This document shows positions 1 through 10,150 of a stretch of DNA of 64,000 nt, piece by piece. Below the pieces are notes generated by a model that was not told where the DNA came from, did not search any database, and saw only the letters and a list, made by a program, of their open reading frames with translations. This DNA is from Candidatus Poribacteria bacterium (GTDB lineage Bacteria > Poribacteria > WGA-4E > GCA-2687025). The translations under genes were made by a program, and so were the position numbers. Location of the stretch: positions 864,001 through 928,000 of the forward strand of contig OY762492.1 of the NCBI GenBank assembly GCA_963665845.2. The letters run 5' to 3'. Within the stretch, counting starts at the first letter, position 1. Each line of letters begins with the position of its first letter.

Positions 1-1
1 C

Positions 2-739
2 GGCCCAATCCATGACTTTGAATTCGCGCTCATCGGCGCGACGACCGAGAGCGTCGCCCGGTATATCCAGACAGGAGAATTCGGGCTATGGCGCGAAACG
101 GGGCTTATCAACGAACTCGCGGCGCAGGCGGCAAAAGAGGGCGTCGGACTCGGCGAGGCGGTCGGACGCGAGATCGCCGAGGGCGCGTATCCGCATAAAG
201 AGATCAGCGTTCTGGCGGCGGCGTATCGGCTCGGCGTCCCGGCGACGGTTCATATCGGCGTAGGGTACGACATCATCCATGAGCATCCGAACGCGGACGG
301 GGCGGCTCTCGGCGCGGCGTCGTATACGGATTTTTTGATTGCGGCGCGTTCGGTCGAGAACCTTGAAGGCGGCGCGCTGCTCAATTTTGGAACGGCGGTG
401 ATGGGTCCGGAGGTGTTTTTGAAGGCGCTGGCGATGGCTCGCAACGCCGCGGCGCAGGAGGGGCGGCGCATCGAACGGTTCACAACGCTGGTATGCGACC
501 TTCTGCCGCTGGAGGAGGATGTGTCGTCCGAAGCGCCGAAGAGCGACCCGCGCTACTATTTTCGACCGTGGAAGACGCTGCTGTCGCGCACTGTAGCGGG
601 TCGGGGGGAAGGCGTTTACGTTCAGGGCGACCATCGGCGGACGCTGCCGGCGCTGCGGCGGGCGGTCGGCGCCGTAGAAAAAATGAACGCTTTAGGCGCA
701 AAGGCGTCTAATAGAATAGAAAGCGGAGAAACTGCGTAA
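2..739 (+). CDS. Deoxyhypusine-synthase-like (DHS-like) conserved protein, 5' partial
   Basis: Frame 2 is open from the window edge: GPIHDFEFALIGATTESV...VPATVHIGVGYDIIHEHP...LLNFGTAVMGPEVFLKAL. It extends the 335..739 ORF, and the motifs resemble DHS-like fold proteins. Confidence 0.6.
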   Translation, partial: GPIHDFEFALIGATTESVARYIQTGEFGLWRETGLINELAAQAAKEGVGLGEAVGREIAEGAYPHKEISVLAAAYRLGVPATVHIGVGYDIIHEHPNADGAALGAASYTDFLIAARSVENLEGGALLNFGTAVMGPEVFLKALAMARNAAAQEGRRIERFTTLVCDLLPLEEDVSSEAPKSDPRYYFRPWKTLLSRTVAGRGEGVYVQGDHRRTLPALRRAVGAVEKMNALGAKASNRIESGETA

Positions 740-750
740 GAGAGGACGGC

Positions 751-1344
751 GTGGAAACCTGGGCTGAAACCATAACCGCTGAAATGACCGATTCGGAGCG
801 GGGCGCGGCGTCGGAAACGGCGCTGGAGCTGCTCGAATTTGTGGAGAAGCGGCGCGAACGGGTGTACCGCATCGCCCGGCGAATGAGCAGCAGCCATGAG
901 GCGGCGGACGATATTGTTCAGGAGGCGTTCCTGCGCGCGTTCCGTTCGCTGCGCCGTTTTCGACGCAACTCTTCAGTGGAGACCTGGCTGACGCGCATCG
1001 TCATCAATGTTGCAATCAGCCATTCCCGCAAGGAGAAGCGGATGTCGCAGTTTTTGGAAAGGTTTCGCGCGCGTTCCTGTCCCGACTCGCCGGCGACGCC
1101 TCTGGAGCGGCTGGAGGCGATGGAGGCTCGCGAGCAGGTTCAGGCGGCGGTCGCGGCATTGCCGGCGGGTCAACGCGCCGTCATTGTGTTGACCGAGCTG
1201 GAAGGCATGAGCTGCGTCAAGGCGGCGGAAATTTTGAAAATACCGGTCGGGACCGTGCGTTCCCGACGCCATCATGCGCGTGAAAAATTGCGCAGGCGCC
1301 TGGCTCCGTATGCGCTTGGCAAACCATGGAAAGGGCGGTCATGA
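751..1344 (+). CDS. ECF-family RNA polymerase sigma-70 factor
   Basis: Region 2 (ADDIVQEAFLRAF...WLTRIVIN) and region 4 HTH (EGMSCVKAAEILKIPVGTVRSR). GAGAGG RBS before the GTG start. Confidence 0.9.
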   Translation: METWAETITAEMTDSERGAASETALELLEFVEKRRERVYRIARRMSSSHEAADDIVQEAFLRAFRSLRRFRRNSSVETWLTRIVINVAISHSRKEKRMSQFLERFRARSCPDSPATPLERLEAMEAREQVQAAVAALPAGQRAVIVLTELEGMSCVKAAEILKIPVGTVRSRRHHAREKLRRRLAPYALGKPWKGRS

Positions 1345-2027
1345 ATCGAAGCGGAGAACGGTTGAATTTGTCGGCGGAGGACGCGGCGCGCATGGCGCGC
1401 ATCGCGTCGGTGTCGCCTCCTCCGCTGGGTTATCTGGAGTCGCTCCCGATGCGCGTGCTGGAGCGGTTTGAACAAGAACGGCGCGCTCGCCGGCGCCGAT
1501 ACATCGGGGCGGGATTGTCGGCGGCTCTGCTGCTGATGGGCGTTTGGATGTACGCGGATCGGTTCAACGGCGCGGAGAGCGCCGGGGAGACGACTCTTGC
1601 CGAGAACATCCCGGCGCAGATAGAGAGCCTGTCCGATGAACAGGTGAGCCGCTTGCCGGCGAAGGCGTCTCCGCGCCTCCTGGAAAGCGGCGTAAAAGAG
1701 GAGAGCGGCGGTAAAGAGCGCGCCTTGACGCATACCGAGTCGGCGCCGGCGCCGCCGCGCGCGCTGGAAGGCGCCGTCGTGAAGGGCATGGAACGCGCCA
1801 GCCCCGCCGCGGCGGAACTGAACGGCGTCGCGCCTCTAGAATGGCCGTCGGAACCGCCGGCTGCGGCGGAACGGCTGGTCGCGCTGCTGGAACGGCGCCA
1901 AGCCTCCTTCGTCCGCGGACGGCGCAGCATGCTGTTGACGCGGGACGACGACGACGACTCCTTCGCCCCGTTTAGAACGGTCGCCTCGCCGACCGACGAG
2001 GTAAGGCTTCCACAATTGAACATTTAG
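1341..2027 (+). CDS. Putative single-pass membrane anti-sigma factor
   Basis: ATGA overlap with the sigma stop codon. Basic stretch followed by one hydrophobic helix (YIGAGLSAALLLMGVWMY). Function inferred from position. Confidence 0.55.
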   Translation: MNRSGERLNLSAEDAARMARIASVSPPPLGYLESLPMRVLERFEQERRARRRRYIGAGLSAALLLMGVWMYADRFNGAESAGETTLAENIPAQIESLSDEQVSRLPAKASPRLLESGVKEESGGKERALTHTESAPAPPRALEGAVVKGMERASPAAAELNGVAPLEWPSEPPAAAERLVALLERRQASFVRGRRSMLLTRDDDDDSFAPFRTVASPTDEVRLPQLNI

Positions 2028-2116
2028 CAATGGACATGGAATTTTAAGTCGAAAGAGAGTATCATACAGACAGAACGGGCGCGGTCCGTTGAACTGGAAA
2101 TGAAAGGGCATTCGCA

Positions 2117-5100
2117 ATGAACGACAAAGTTCTCGTTGGCGTTGGCATCGCGGCGCTGCTTGGCGTGCTGTTTTTTCCAAGCGGCAGTTCGCAGAAGGTG
2201 CAGACCCTCTACGAAGAGGCGGAGCAGTACTTAGTGAACGAACGCTACCCCGAAGCGATTCAAAAATATGAAGAATCGCTCGAGGAAGCGGAAAAAGGCT
2301 TCGTCAAAACCGAGGTGATCGACCCGGACTACAAGACGCTGGCAAAATACAAGATCGCCCACGCATACGCGCAGCAGGCGGAAAAAACCGGCAACGTGGC
2401 GGAATACGACAGCGCGCTGAGCATCCTGGAGGAGATCTACCAAACCGCGACGGTCAACAAGCACCGGGAAGGCATCGTCTTCCTGTGGGGGTACGTCCTC
2501 ATGAAAACGGAGCGGCTGGAGGAGGCGGAACCGAAGTTTCGGGAGCTGATCCAAAACTTCCCCGGCAGCCTGTTCCATGAAAACGCATGGTACTCCATCG
2601 GGCAGCTGAACTACGAACTGAAGGACTTCGACAAGGCGAGAGACGCCTACCGCCAGATCGTCGACAGCTTCCCGAACTCCGACTTCCGCGACGACTCCCA
2701 GTACCGCATTGCGGTGACCTACTTTGAAGACCAGAACTACGATCAGTCGTTCCGCGAATTCGACGCGATGACGCCGGAGGATTTCCAAGGCTCGCCGCTC
2801 CTGGCGGAAGCCAGCTACAAGGCGGCGTACTCGCTGCTGCAGCTGGACAGGCTTGAAGAGGCGATCGACCGGTACAACCGCTTTGTGGCGGACTATCCCG
2901 ATTCGATCTTCCGCACCGGCGCGCACTTCGACCTTGGGACGATCTACACGCGCCAGGGCGACTTCGACAACGCCATCCAGAACTACCAGCTGGCGATTGA
3001 AAACACCGACAACATGACGCTGAAAGCCGAGATTCAGTACGAAATCGGCGACAACTACATGGACGCGGAAAGGTACCTGGAAGCCGCCTCGGAGTACCAG
3101 AAGGTTGTTGAAACCTACCCCGAATCGGAGTATGTGGACGCGGCGCGTTTCGGCGTCGGGGAAGCCTACATGAGCGAGGCGGGCAACAACACCAAAGCGG
3201 GCGGCGAACCCGACACGCAGAATTTCGAACGCGCCGTTCAAGGCTACATGAGCGTCCTGAATGAGCATCCAACCTCCGACTACCGATCCCACTCCACCTA
3301 CCAGATCGCCGAAGCGAATTACGAGATGAAGCGGTACGAGGAGGCTCTCGTCTGGTTCCGTCGGACGCAGGAAGATTTCCCGGACGATCCGCTGGCTCCC
3401 CATTCCCTTTACGCCGAGCTGTGGTGCTTGAGCGAACTGGGGCGTTTTGACGAGGTGCTGACGCGCGGGCGCTCCTTCATTGACGCGAACGCCGACAACG
3501 AGGACTTTGACATTCAAGCCGCCGAGATTCAGACGAAGCTGGGCGACATTATGTTTGAGCAGAACGAGTTTCTGGTCGCCGCGGGCGAGTATGAACGCGC
3601 CGCCGCGTATCCGCACCTGCCGAAGTTTTACGCGACGCGGCTGCGCTCTCTTTACCAGATTGGCGTCTGCTACTTCCAGCACGCGGACAAGTCGGGCGAC
3701 AAGAGCTTCTTCCCCAAGGCGCTGCCGGCGCTGAATGAAGCGATCGAGAAGTTCACGGTCAAAGACCCTGACCCGGACAACACAGGCTTTAACCTGGACT
3801 ACGAATTCCCAGAGCGGATCGCCCTGGTGGAAAACTCCGTTTTGAGCAAGGCGCATGTGCATGAGAAACTTGAGCAGTGGGCGGAAGCGCGCGCCGCGTA
3901 TACGCTCATCCCGGCGCCGACCGAAGAATCGCCGAGCGAAAACTACGGCAGGGCGCAGGTGCTGTCGGCGGAAAGCTTTGAAAAAGAAGGCAATATCGAC
4001 GAGGCGATCAACCTGTACCGCGCCGTTAGCGAGAACGGCTCCCTAGACGAAACATGGCAGTCGCTCGGCGCCATCCGCTTGGCGGACCTGCTGCGCGACC
4101 AGAAGCGGTGGGCGGAAGCGGCGACAGCGTACGGAAACGTCGTGGAGCGGTACCCGTCCAGCCAGCATGCGGGCGCGTCGCAGTATCTGCAGGGCGTCAG
4201 CTTTTACTCGATTGAGCCGCGGACGGACGAGAACTTGAAAGCGTCCGTGACAGCGTTCCAAGCGGTCATCGCGCAGTGGCCGGACGATGTGAACGCCCCT
4301 GACGCGCTGTACGGCGTCGCCCTGTCGCAAAAGGCGCTGGCGGAGTCGGAAAGCGGTTCGTGGGAAGATGTGCTGGCGTCGGTCAATCAGCTGACGGAAG
4401 CGTACGGCTCGCGGACCGACGCGCGGTCGCAAAAAGCGGTCAATTCGGGCAACCTGCTGCGCGTTCTGGCGCAGGAGAACCTGGGTCAAGCCTCGGTCGA
4501 TGAGATTGTCGCGAGCTTGCGTCAGGTGGCGCAGAGCGACACGGCAGACACTCCGACGCGCGTCACGGCGCAGCTGAAGATCGGAAACCTGCTGTTTGAA
4601 AACGGGCGCTTGGAGGATGCGGTGAACGAATACCGCTCCCTCGGCGAAATGTTCCCCGACAGCGATCAGGCGCCGCTCGGACTGTACCAGGCGGCGGTGA
4701 GCGCGTTCAAGAGCGGCGAAGAGTTGAGCGAAAAAGAGGACCCGGAGGCGGCGTCCAGATACAAGCAGGCGGCGGAGTTGACAGCGCAGGCGCTGGCATA
4801 CGCCGACAAGCTGGACAACACGATGCTTGTCAAGATCAACTACACGCGCGGCTCCGCTTTACAGCAGTCGGGTCAGCCGCAGGAGGCGATACAGGCGCTC
4901 CAAGCGGTGATAGCGCTGAAGGACAGCGTCGAAGACCCGGCGCTGGTGGAAGCGGCGTACACGAAGCTGGCGCAAATGTACCGCAGCCTTGGGCAGTATC
5001 AGGAGGCGTCGGCGGAGTATGAGCGCCTTGCCGCGGCGGCGACCAATCCGCTCATTCGTCTGCAGTCGTTCATGGCGCTGGCGAACATTCTTGAGGAAAA

Positions 5101-6922
5101 TCTGAACGATTCCGCGGGCGCGCTGAGGAATTATCAAGCGGCGTCCTCTATCAAGATCGAGAGCGATTTCATCGCGCAGGCGCTCTACCGGACGGGTCTC
5201 ATTCAGGCAGACCTGGCGGCAGCCGCGAAAGGCGCCGGAGACGACGAGGCGGCGAAGACATACGCCGAGCAGGCGATCGTCACCTTTGAACGGTTAGCCT
5301 CCGATTTTGAGCGGAGCGACAACAGCCAGGTGAAACTGATGGTCGCCGACGCGGGCGTGCGTTCCTCCGACCTGTACACGCTGGCGGGGCGCGATCTGTC
5401 AGGCGCCATCGACGAAGCGCTGGCGGCGCGCGACCGCGCCGTAGAAGCGGGCGACGCGGAGCAGAAGGTTCAAGCGCAATACCAGGTGGCGAACCTGCGC
5501 AACCGTTACGCAAATCAGATCCGCTCCTCAGGCGATCCGAACGCGCAGGATGTGGTCATTCTCTCCAACGGAAACCGACGTCAGGGCTACATCGACGTCT
5601 CAAGCGGCGGCATCTACAGCAACGGGTCGCTGTCGCTGGGCGTTCTGGAAGAGGGAACCTTGAATCTGAACTTCAGCCCGATTTCCCGAAGCGATATTTC
5701 GGATGTGGAGCTGTCGTATAAGACGGCGGCGCGCCTGTCCGCGCAGGATTATCTGAAGGCGGTTGAGTTTGCGGAGCCGCTTGATGCGGCTTCCAGCCAG
5801 TCGGCGATGTTCGCGGGATACGCGCTGTATCAGGCGGGCGTCATCTCCTACTCGCTGCGCGGTCCGCGCGATCTTCCGTTGACAGTGGACGCGCTGCCGC
5901 GCTTCGTCGCGCTGGTCGACAGCGGCAAGATGGAGAAAAACGATGAGGAGCTGCAGGACGCGCTCTACTACCTCGGCGTCGCCTACTACGACCTCGCCCG
6001 GGCGAACGATATGGACCCCGCTCGGTTTGCGGAATCGGCGAAGGCGCTTCAATCGCTGGTCGACCGGTATCCGAGCCACGAGGAGGCGGGTCTGTGGCAG
6101 TATCAGGTGGGCGAAGCGCATTACGCGGCGCAGCGTTTTGACGACGCGCTGAAATCGTATATTCAGATGGCAGACCGCTATCCGAATCACGAGAGCGCGC
6201 CGGAGGCTCTTTACTCGGCCGCGGCTTGCCAGCAGCAGCTGAATCAGCCGGACGGCATGATGGCTTCGTACAGACGCCTTGTGAACAGATACTCGAACCA
6301 TAAGCGTTCGCTGGACGCCTTCATCACGCTTGCGAACCATACGTTCAACGAATCGCTGGCATTGAACGAAGCGGTACCGGAGCAGAGGGACGAGAAACTG
6401 AAGATGCTGGAAGAAGCGCTGACGATGTACCGTAAGGTGGCGGAGTCGGATCTGTCGGAACCGGCACAGGCGGGCAGGGCGAGGACCTTCGTCAAAGACA
6501 CCGAGGAGTACATCGCTTCCATTCGCATCGATCCGCTGGACGAGGCGTACGCCAGGGCGGGGCGCAACGTTGAGGCGCTCGGTCCGGCGATGGCTAATCT
6601 GGAAACGTTTGCGTCCGAGTATCCGGACACGAAGCAGGCGGTCATCGCTTGGACGCGCCTTGGAGACGGCAATATGATCATTGCGGAGGCGGCTGCGGCC
6701 GCGGGAGATACCGACCGCGAGATCGAGCATTATGAAAAAGCTCTGCAGTTTTTCATCAATGTGCGCAGGCGGTATGTGGACGCGCAGGGCGTTGAAATGA
6801 CGCCGGCGGATCCGAACATGGAACGCGCTCTGACCTACGCCAACCGAAAAATTGTGGACATTCAGCGGTATGTCCAATCGGTTCGGAAGGCGCGTGAGGC
6901 GAATTCCCCCGAATCGGAATGA
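2117..6922 (+). CDS. Giant membrane-anchored tetratricopeptide-repeat protein (BamD/CpoB-like TPR units)
   Basis: 1601 aa with an N-terminal hydrophobic anchor and many repeats of the type A-x-Y-x-(I/L)-G...Y-x-x-(L/V)-x-x-x-(Y/F)-P-x-S. Confidence 0.85.
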   Translation: MNDKVLVGVGIAALLGVLFFPSGSSQKVQTLYEEAEQYLVNERYPEAIQKYEESLEEAEKGFVKTEVIDPDYKTLAKYKIAHAYAQQAEKTGNVAEYDSALSILEEIYQTATVNKHREGIVFLWGYVLMKTERLEEAEPKFRELIQNFPGSLFHENAWYSIGQLNYELKDFDKARDAYRQIVDSFPNSDFRDDSQYRIAVTYFEDQNYDQSFREFDAMTPEDFQGSPLLAEASYKAAYSLLQLDRLEEAIDRYNRFVADYPDSIFRTGAHFDLGTIYTRQGDFDNAIQNYQLAIENTDNMTLKAEIQYEIGDNYMDAERYLEAASEYQKVVETYPESEYVDAARFGVGEAYMSEAGNNTKAGGEPDTQNFERAVQGYMSVLNEHPTSDYRSHSTYQIAEANYEMKRYEEALVWFRRTQEDFPDDPLAPHSLYAELWCLSELGRFDEVLTRGRSFIDANADNEDFDIQAAEIQTKLGDIMFEQNEFLVAAGEYERAAAYPHLPKFYATRLRSLYQIGVCYFQHADKSGDKSFFPKALPALNEAIEKFTVKDPDPDNTGFNLDYEFPERIALVENSVLSKAHVHEKLEQWAEARAAYTLIPAPTEESPSENYGRAQVLSAESFEKEGNIDEAINLYRAVSENGSLDETWQSLGAIRLADLLRDQKRWAEAATAYGNVVERYPSSQHAGASQYLQGVSFYSIEPRTDENLKASVTAFQAVIAQWPDDVNAPDALYGVALSQKALAESESGSWEDVLASVNQLTEAYGSRTDARSQKAVNSGNLLRVLAQENLGQASVDEIVASLRQVAQSDTADTPTRVTAQLKIGNLLFENGRLEDAVNEYRSLGEMFPDSDQAPLGLYQAAVSAFKSGEELSEKEDPEAASRYKQAAELTAQALAYADKLDNTMLVKINYTRGSALQQSGQPQEAIQALQAVIALKDSVEDPALVEAAYTKLAQMYRSLGQYQEASAEYERLAAAATNPLIRLQSFMALANILEENLNDSAGALRNYQAASSIKIESDFIAQALYRTGLIQADLAAAAKGAGDDEAAKTYAEQAIVTFERLASDFERSDNSQVKLMVADAGVRSSDLYTLAGRDLSGAIDEALAARDRAVEAGDAEQKVQAQYQVANLRNRYANQIRSSGDPNAQDVVILSNGNRRQGYIDVSSGGIYSNGSLSLGVLEEGTLNLNFSPISRSDISDVELSYKTAARLSAQDYLKAVEFAEPLDAASSQSAMFAGYALYQAGVISYSLRGPRDLPLTVDALPRFVALVDSGKMEKNDEELQDALYYLGVAYYDLARANDMDPARFAESAKALQSLVDRYPSHEEAGLWQYQVGEAHYAAQRFDDALKSYIQMADRYPNHESAPEALYSAAACQQQLNQPDGMMASYRRLVNRYSNHKRSLDAFITLANHTFNESLALNEAVPEQRDEKLKMLEEALTMYRKVAESDLSEPAQAGRARTFVKDTEEYIASIRIDPLDEAYARAGRNVEALGPAMANLETFASEYPDTKQAVIAWTRLGDGNMIIAEAAAAAGDTDREIEHYEKALQFFINVRRRYVDAQGVEMTPADPNMERALTYANRKIVDIQRYVQSVRKAREANSPESE

Positions 6923-6955
6923 TCCGACCGCGCAAGCGGCAACGCATCATGAACG

Positions 6956-6991
6956 AAAAAGGGGCGCTGTTTTGAGACGGCGCCCCTTTTT
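6956..6991. terminator. Bidirectional intrinsic terminator
   Basis: AAAAAGGGGCGCTGT-TTTGAG-ACGGCGCCCCTTTTT between convergent genes. Confidence 0.8.
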
Positions 6992-7018
6992 CATTGACAT
7001 TTCTATAGGCGATGCGGC

Positions 7019-7150
7019 TAAAACCCCCCTAGCCCCCCTTTTCAAGGGGGGAATCTAGAGGCGCCGCCAACCGGATCGTCATTCCCGCGCAAGCGGGAAT
7101 CTAGAGGCGCTGCAAAAACCGTCCGCGTCCGTCCGCCGGCATGTCTCAAC
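7019..7150 (+). repeat. Intergenic mosaic repeat: C-rich hairpin, CGTC-type palindrome and MITE right-arm remnant
   Basis: AAACCCCCCTAGCCCCCCTTTTCAAGGGGGGAATC at 7021-7055, GTCATTCCCGCGCAAGCGGGAATC at 7078-7101, then AAACCGTCCGCGTCC...ATGTCTCAAC. Confidence 0.85.
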
Positions 7151-7183
7151 GCCTGCTATTTCTCTTACGCCGCAAAGGCGCGA

Positions 7184-8827
7184 TCAGCGAGTCGATTTTT
7201 CGTCCGTGAGCGGATAGACGACAAGCAAAATCTCTTGGTCGGTTCCGTTCTGTGTGAAGGGGGTCGTTCTACGAGTCCATCCGACGAAGCAGGGGGCGTT
7301 TTTGGGAATGAGAGCGTTTAGACGGGCTTCTCTCGCCCAGAACGCCAAAGCTCTGGACGGCGCCTCCAAACCGCTCCACAGAGCGCGCATGCTGCGCAGC
7401 GGCTGAAGCTCCCCCTCCCAGCGTTCGCCTGGGGGCAGCGGTCCGATCGGTCGAAGGCGCCCGTCAGCGACGACCGCCGCCCGTTCAAACTGAAGCGGCG
7501 TATGGTTGCGCACCCAGTATCGTTCGCCGCTCCCTTTGCCGCCGGCGATTTCCCCCACAAACGGCGTGAACGCTTCGCCCATCCAGAAGGTTGAATGCGC
7601 GCCGCTGGGCGAATAGTTGCGTATTTCGCCGCCGTTTGGACCTTCGCGCCGTTCGCCGCTTTTTTTTGGGTTTAAAGGAAGAACGCGCATCTCCGCCGGC
7701 AGCGCGATTCGGGAACGGCGCTTGTCGGTCGGCGGCGCCTCTATGACGCCGATCCACAGCGCCTCCTGCGTCTCTGGAAACGCGCGCGCCGCGCCCGACG
7801 CCAGCGGCGTCAGCAGCGGAGAACCGAACCGCGCGACGGACGGCGCCAAACTGACCGCCGCCCCAATCGCCAGTAGAAAAATCAACCACAGACGCGAGCG
7901 AAACCGAAGCGCCATCCCCCAAAAAAGAACGGCGCCAACGACCCAAACGGACGCGCCAAGCGCAAACCGCCTCCCGTTCAACGCGGCGCTGCGGCGGCTG
8001 TCGGACGCATGCATCCGCTCCGACAGCCGCTGTAGGTATTCCTCTCCTTCGTCTAGACGGGGGCTGATTTCAACCTCGCTCCAAAGATGCGGACCTAGCC
8101 CGTCATAACGCCCGACGCTTCCTAAACCGACCTGACGCCATCCCGCGCTTGCGGGAAGCAGATCCTCCCAAAACGCCGGGAGACGCCCGCGCGTTGAATC
8201 GTCCAGGACGACCGCAAGCGTCCCGCCCCGCCAGATCCATCGGCGCAGCGCCGTCTCTTGTTGAGGGCGGAGGCGGTTGAGGGGGACATCTCCAGCGAAC
8301 CAAACCAGCGCGTCCACGCTTTTCCAGCCGACCCAGGATTCTGGGAAGCGGTCCGCCGCGCCCGTTTCAAACACTTTAGCGGCTTGGCCGTCCATTTGAA
8401 ACGCCGCATGAAACGCGCCGCGCCGCGCCGCAACCGCCAAGACGACAACGTCGATCTCGTTCGCGTTCGGTTGAAATTCCAGGGGGAAGACGCGCTCGTT
8501 TCCGTCGCCGTTGATGAGCGTCAGCGAGCCGCCTGCGCCGACGGCGGAAACGCGGGCTGCCGATTCCCATACCAGAGATCCGCCCGCCGGTATGAACATC
8601 GCGCGCGCCGCGCTCATTCCGCCGAGAGAGACGCGCGCCTCCCCCTCAAACGGCTCCCCAAACGAAGAGACGATCAGCTCAAAACGGTTCCATTCGCCCG
8701 CGCGGACAATCCCGCCGACGCCGATCTCATAGCTCTCTAGGCGCGTTTCGGCGTTCAGGCTCAAGGCGGCGCATGCCATGACAACATAAAGCGGAAGCGC
8801 AAGGCGGCGCGCCCTGTTCACCCCCAT
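7184..8827 (-). CDS. Hypothetical exported/membrane protein with class-I glutamine-amidotransferase-like segment
   Basis: Signal peptide, motif PESWVGWKSVDALV...LRRWIWRGGTLAV and two TM segments. Overlaps the stop of the upstream sulfatase-like gene. Confidence 0.6.
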   Translation of the reverse strand: MGVNRARRLALPLYVVMACAALSLNAETRLESYEIGVGGIVRAGEWNRFELIVSSFGEPFEGEARVSLGGMSAARAMFIPAGGSLVWESAARVSAVGAGGSLTLINGDGNERVFPLEFQPNANEIDVVVLAVAARRGAFHAAFQMDGQAAKVFETGAADRFPESWVGWKSVDALVWFAGDVPLNRLRPQQETALRRWIWRGGTLAVVLDDSTRGRLPAFWEDLLPASAGWRQVGLGSVGRYDGLGPHLWSEVEISPRLDEGEEYLQRLSERMHASDSRRSAALNGRRFALGASVWVVGAVLFWGMALRFRSRLWLIFLLAIGAAVSLAPSVARFGSPLLTPLASGAARAFPETQEALWIGVIEAPPTDKRRSRIALPAEMRVLPLNPKKSGERREGPNGGEIRNYSPSGAHSTFWMGEAFTPFVGEIAGGKGSGERYWVRNHTPLQFERAAVVADGRLRPIGPLPPGERWEGELQPLRSMRALWSGLEAPSRALAFWAREARLNALIPKNAPCFVGWTRRTTPFTQNGTDQEILLVVYPLTDEKSTR

Positions 8828-10140
8828 CGATCAGCGAATTTTTGGCGCCCCTGCTCTATGACAGGGTCCATCTTTCGGCCGAGGCGCGCCGTCTCGGATG
8901 CGATCCACTCCTCCAGCTCCGCCTCCATCGCGTCGGCGCGGTCGGGCTGCTCATCGGCGATGTTGCGCGTCTCCTTTGGATCATGAACGCGGTCGTACAG
9001 TTCGCGCGGCGGGGAGCCGTAAAAGTCGATGGAGCGCGCCAAGATGAGGCGGGCGTCCGGCTTTCGGAGCGTCCATTTTGCCTGCCAGGTGCATTCTGAA
9101 GCGATGACGCGCTCCGGCTCCTCATACGGCGGCAACTGCGTCAAGGACGGGTCAATGGTCGAAAGCAAACTTTGACCGTCCATGGCGGGATGCGGCTTGA
9201 CGCCGACCGCGTCTAAGATTGTCGGCGCGGCGTCTATCGTTTGAACGGCGGAATCGATTCTCACTCCCGACGGAAGACGCCCCGGCGCCCGCAGGATAAA
9301 CGGAACGCGCATGTTTTCATCAAACAAGCCATGATGGTCGTACCAGATTCCATGTTCGCCGAGGCATTCGCCATGGTCGCCCATCAACACGACCAGCGTG
9401 TTCTCCGCTTGACCTGAAGCGTCTAAGGCGGAGAGAAGCGCGTTGACTCCGTCGTCGGCGTAGCGGACGCTGCCGTCGTAGAGCGCGCGGATATATTCTG
9501 GGTCGGCGATGCGCCCCTCCGGAAGTTTTAGCCATGTGTCCCGCCACCGCTGCCCCAGCGGATGTTTCCACAACGGCTCCAGCGCCTCGTTGCGCGGGTC
9601 GGTCGCCGTCGCTTCGTCGCCTTCATAAAACATCGTTCGGTACCGCTTCGGCGGAAAATAGGGCGTGTGCGGATCCCAGTAATGCACAAAAAGGAAAAAA
9701 CGCTCCGAACTGCATTGATTCAAAAACTCCACGGCGCGGCGGTTCTGCTGCTCGCAGGTAACGGACAGGCGAAGCGGACGGCGGAGCGACGGGTCGATGT
9801 AAAACTCGTACCCTTTATGGAACCATGGCTTTGAATGGGCGAGGTTGTCGACGGCGCATGTCGTCCATCCCGCCTTTAAAAGAAGCTCCGGCATGAGCGG
9901 AACGCCGCGCGGCAAGACGGCTGACCCGCCGTTCGCCACAATCCCATGCGACATCGGATGCATGCCTGTGTAAATCGTGGTGAAGGAGGGCTGCGTCGGT
10001 ATGGCTGAACAGATCATCTGCTCAAACAGGACGCCCTCCGCCGCCAGCTCATCCATGGCGGGGGTGGTGCGCCGTTCATACCCGTAGCAGCTCATCTGTT
10101 GAGCGCGCAGCGTGTCGATGGCGATCATCAATATGTTCAT
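8818..10140 (-). CDS. Sulfatase-like hydrolase (alkaline phosphatase superfamily)
   Basis: MNILMIAIDTLRA, HYWDPHTPY, GDHGE and HHGLFDENMRVP motifs. Start placed at ATG 10140, after the lysC stop. Confidence 0.85.
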   Translation of the reverse strand: MNILMIAIDTLRAQQMSCYGYERRTTPAMDELAAEGVLFEQMICSAIPTQPSFTTIYTGMHPMSHGIVANGGSAVLPRGVPLMPELLLKAGWTTCAVDNLAHSKPWFHKGYEFYIDPSLRRPLRLSVTCEQQNRRAVEFLNQCSSERFFLFVHYWDPHTPYFPPKRYRTMFYEGDEATATDPRNEALEPLWKHPLGQRWRDTWLKLPEGRIADPEYIRALYDGSVRYADDGVNALLSALDASGQAENTLVVLMGDHGECLGEHGIWYDHHGLFDENMRVPFILRAPGRLPSGVRIDSAVQTIDAAPTILDAVGVKPHPAMDGQSLLSTIDPSLTQLPPYEEPERVIASECTWQAKWTLRKPDARLILARSIDFYGSPPRELYDRVHDPKETRNIADEQPDRADAMEAELEEWIASETARLGRKMDPVIEQGRQKFADRWG

Positions 10141-10150
10141 GACGTTTCCT

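Noticed and set aside
2231-3862. Long antisense ORFs (e.g. 2231..3862, 5600..6877, 19005..20390, 21556..22935, 25942..27135, 30066..31301)
   Set aside because: They are shadows of well-supported genes on the opposite strand in GC-rich DNA, with no recognisable motifs.
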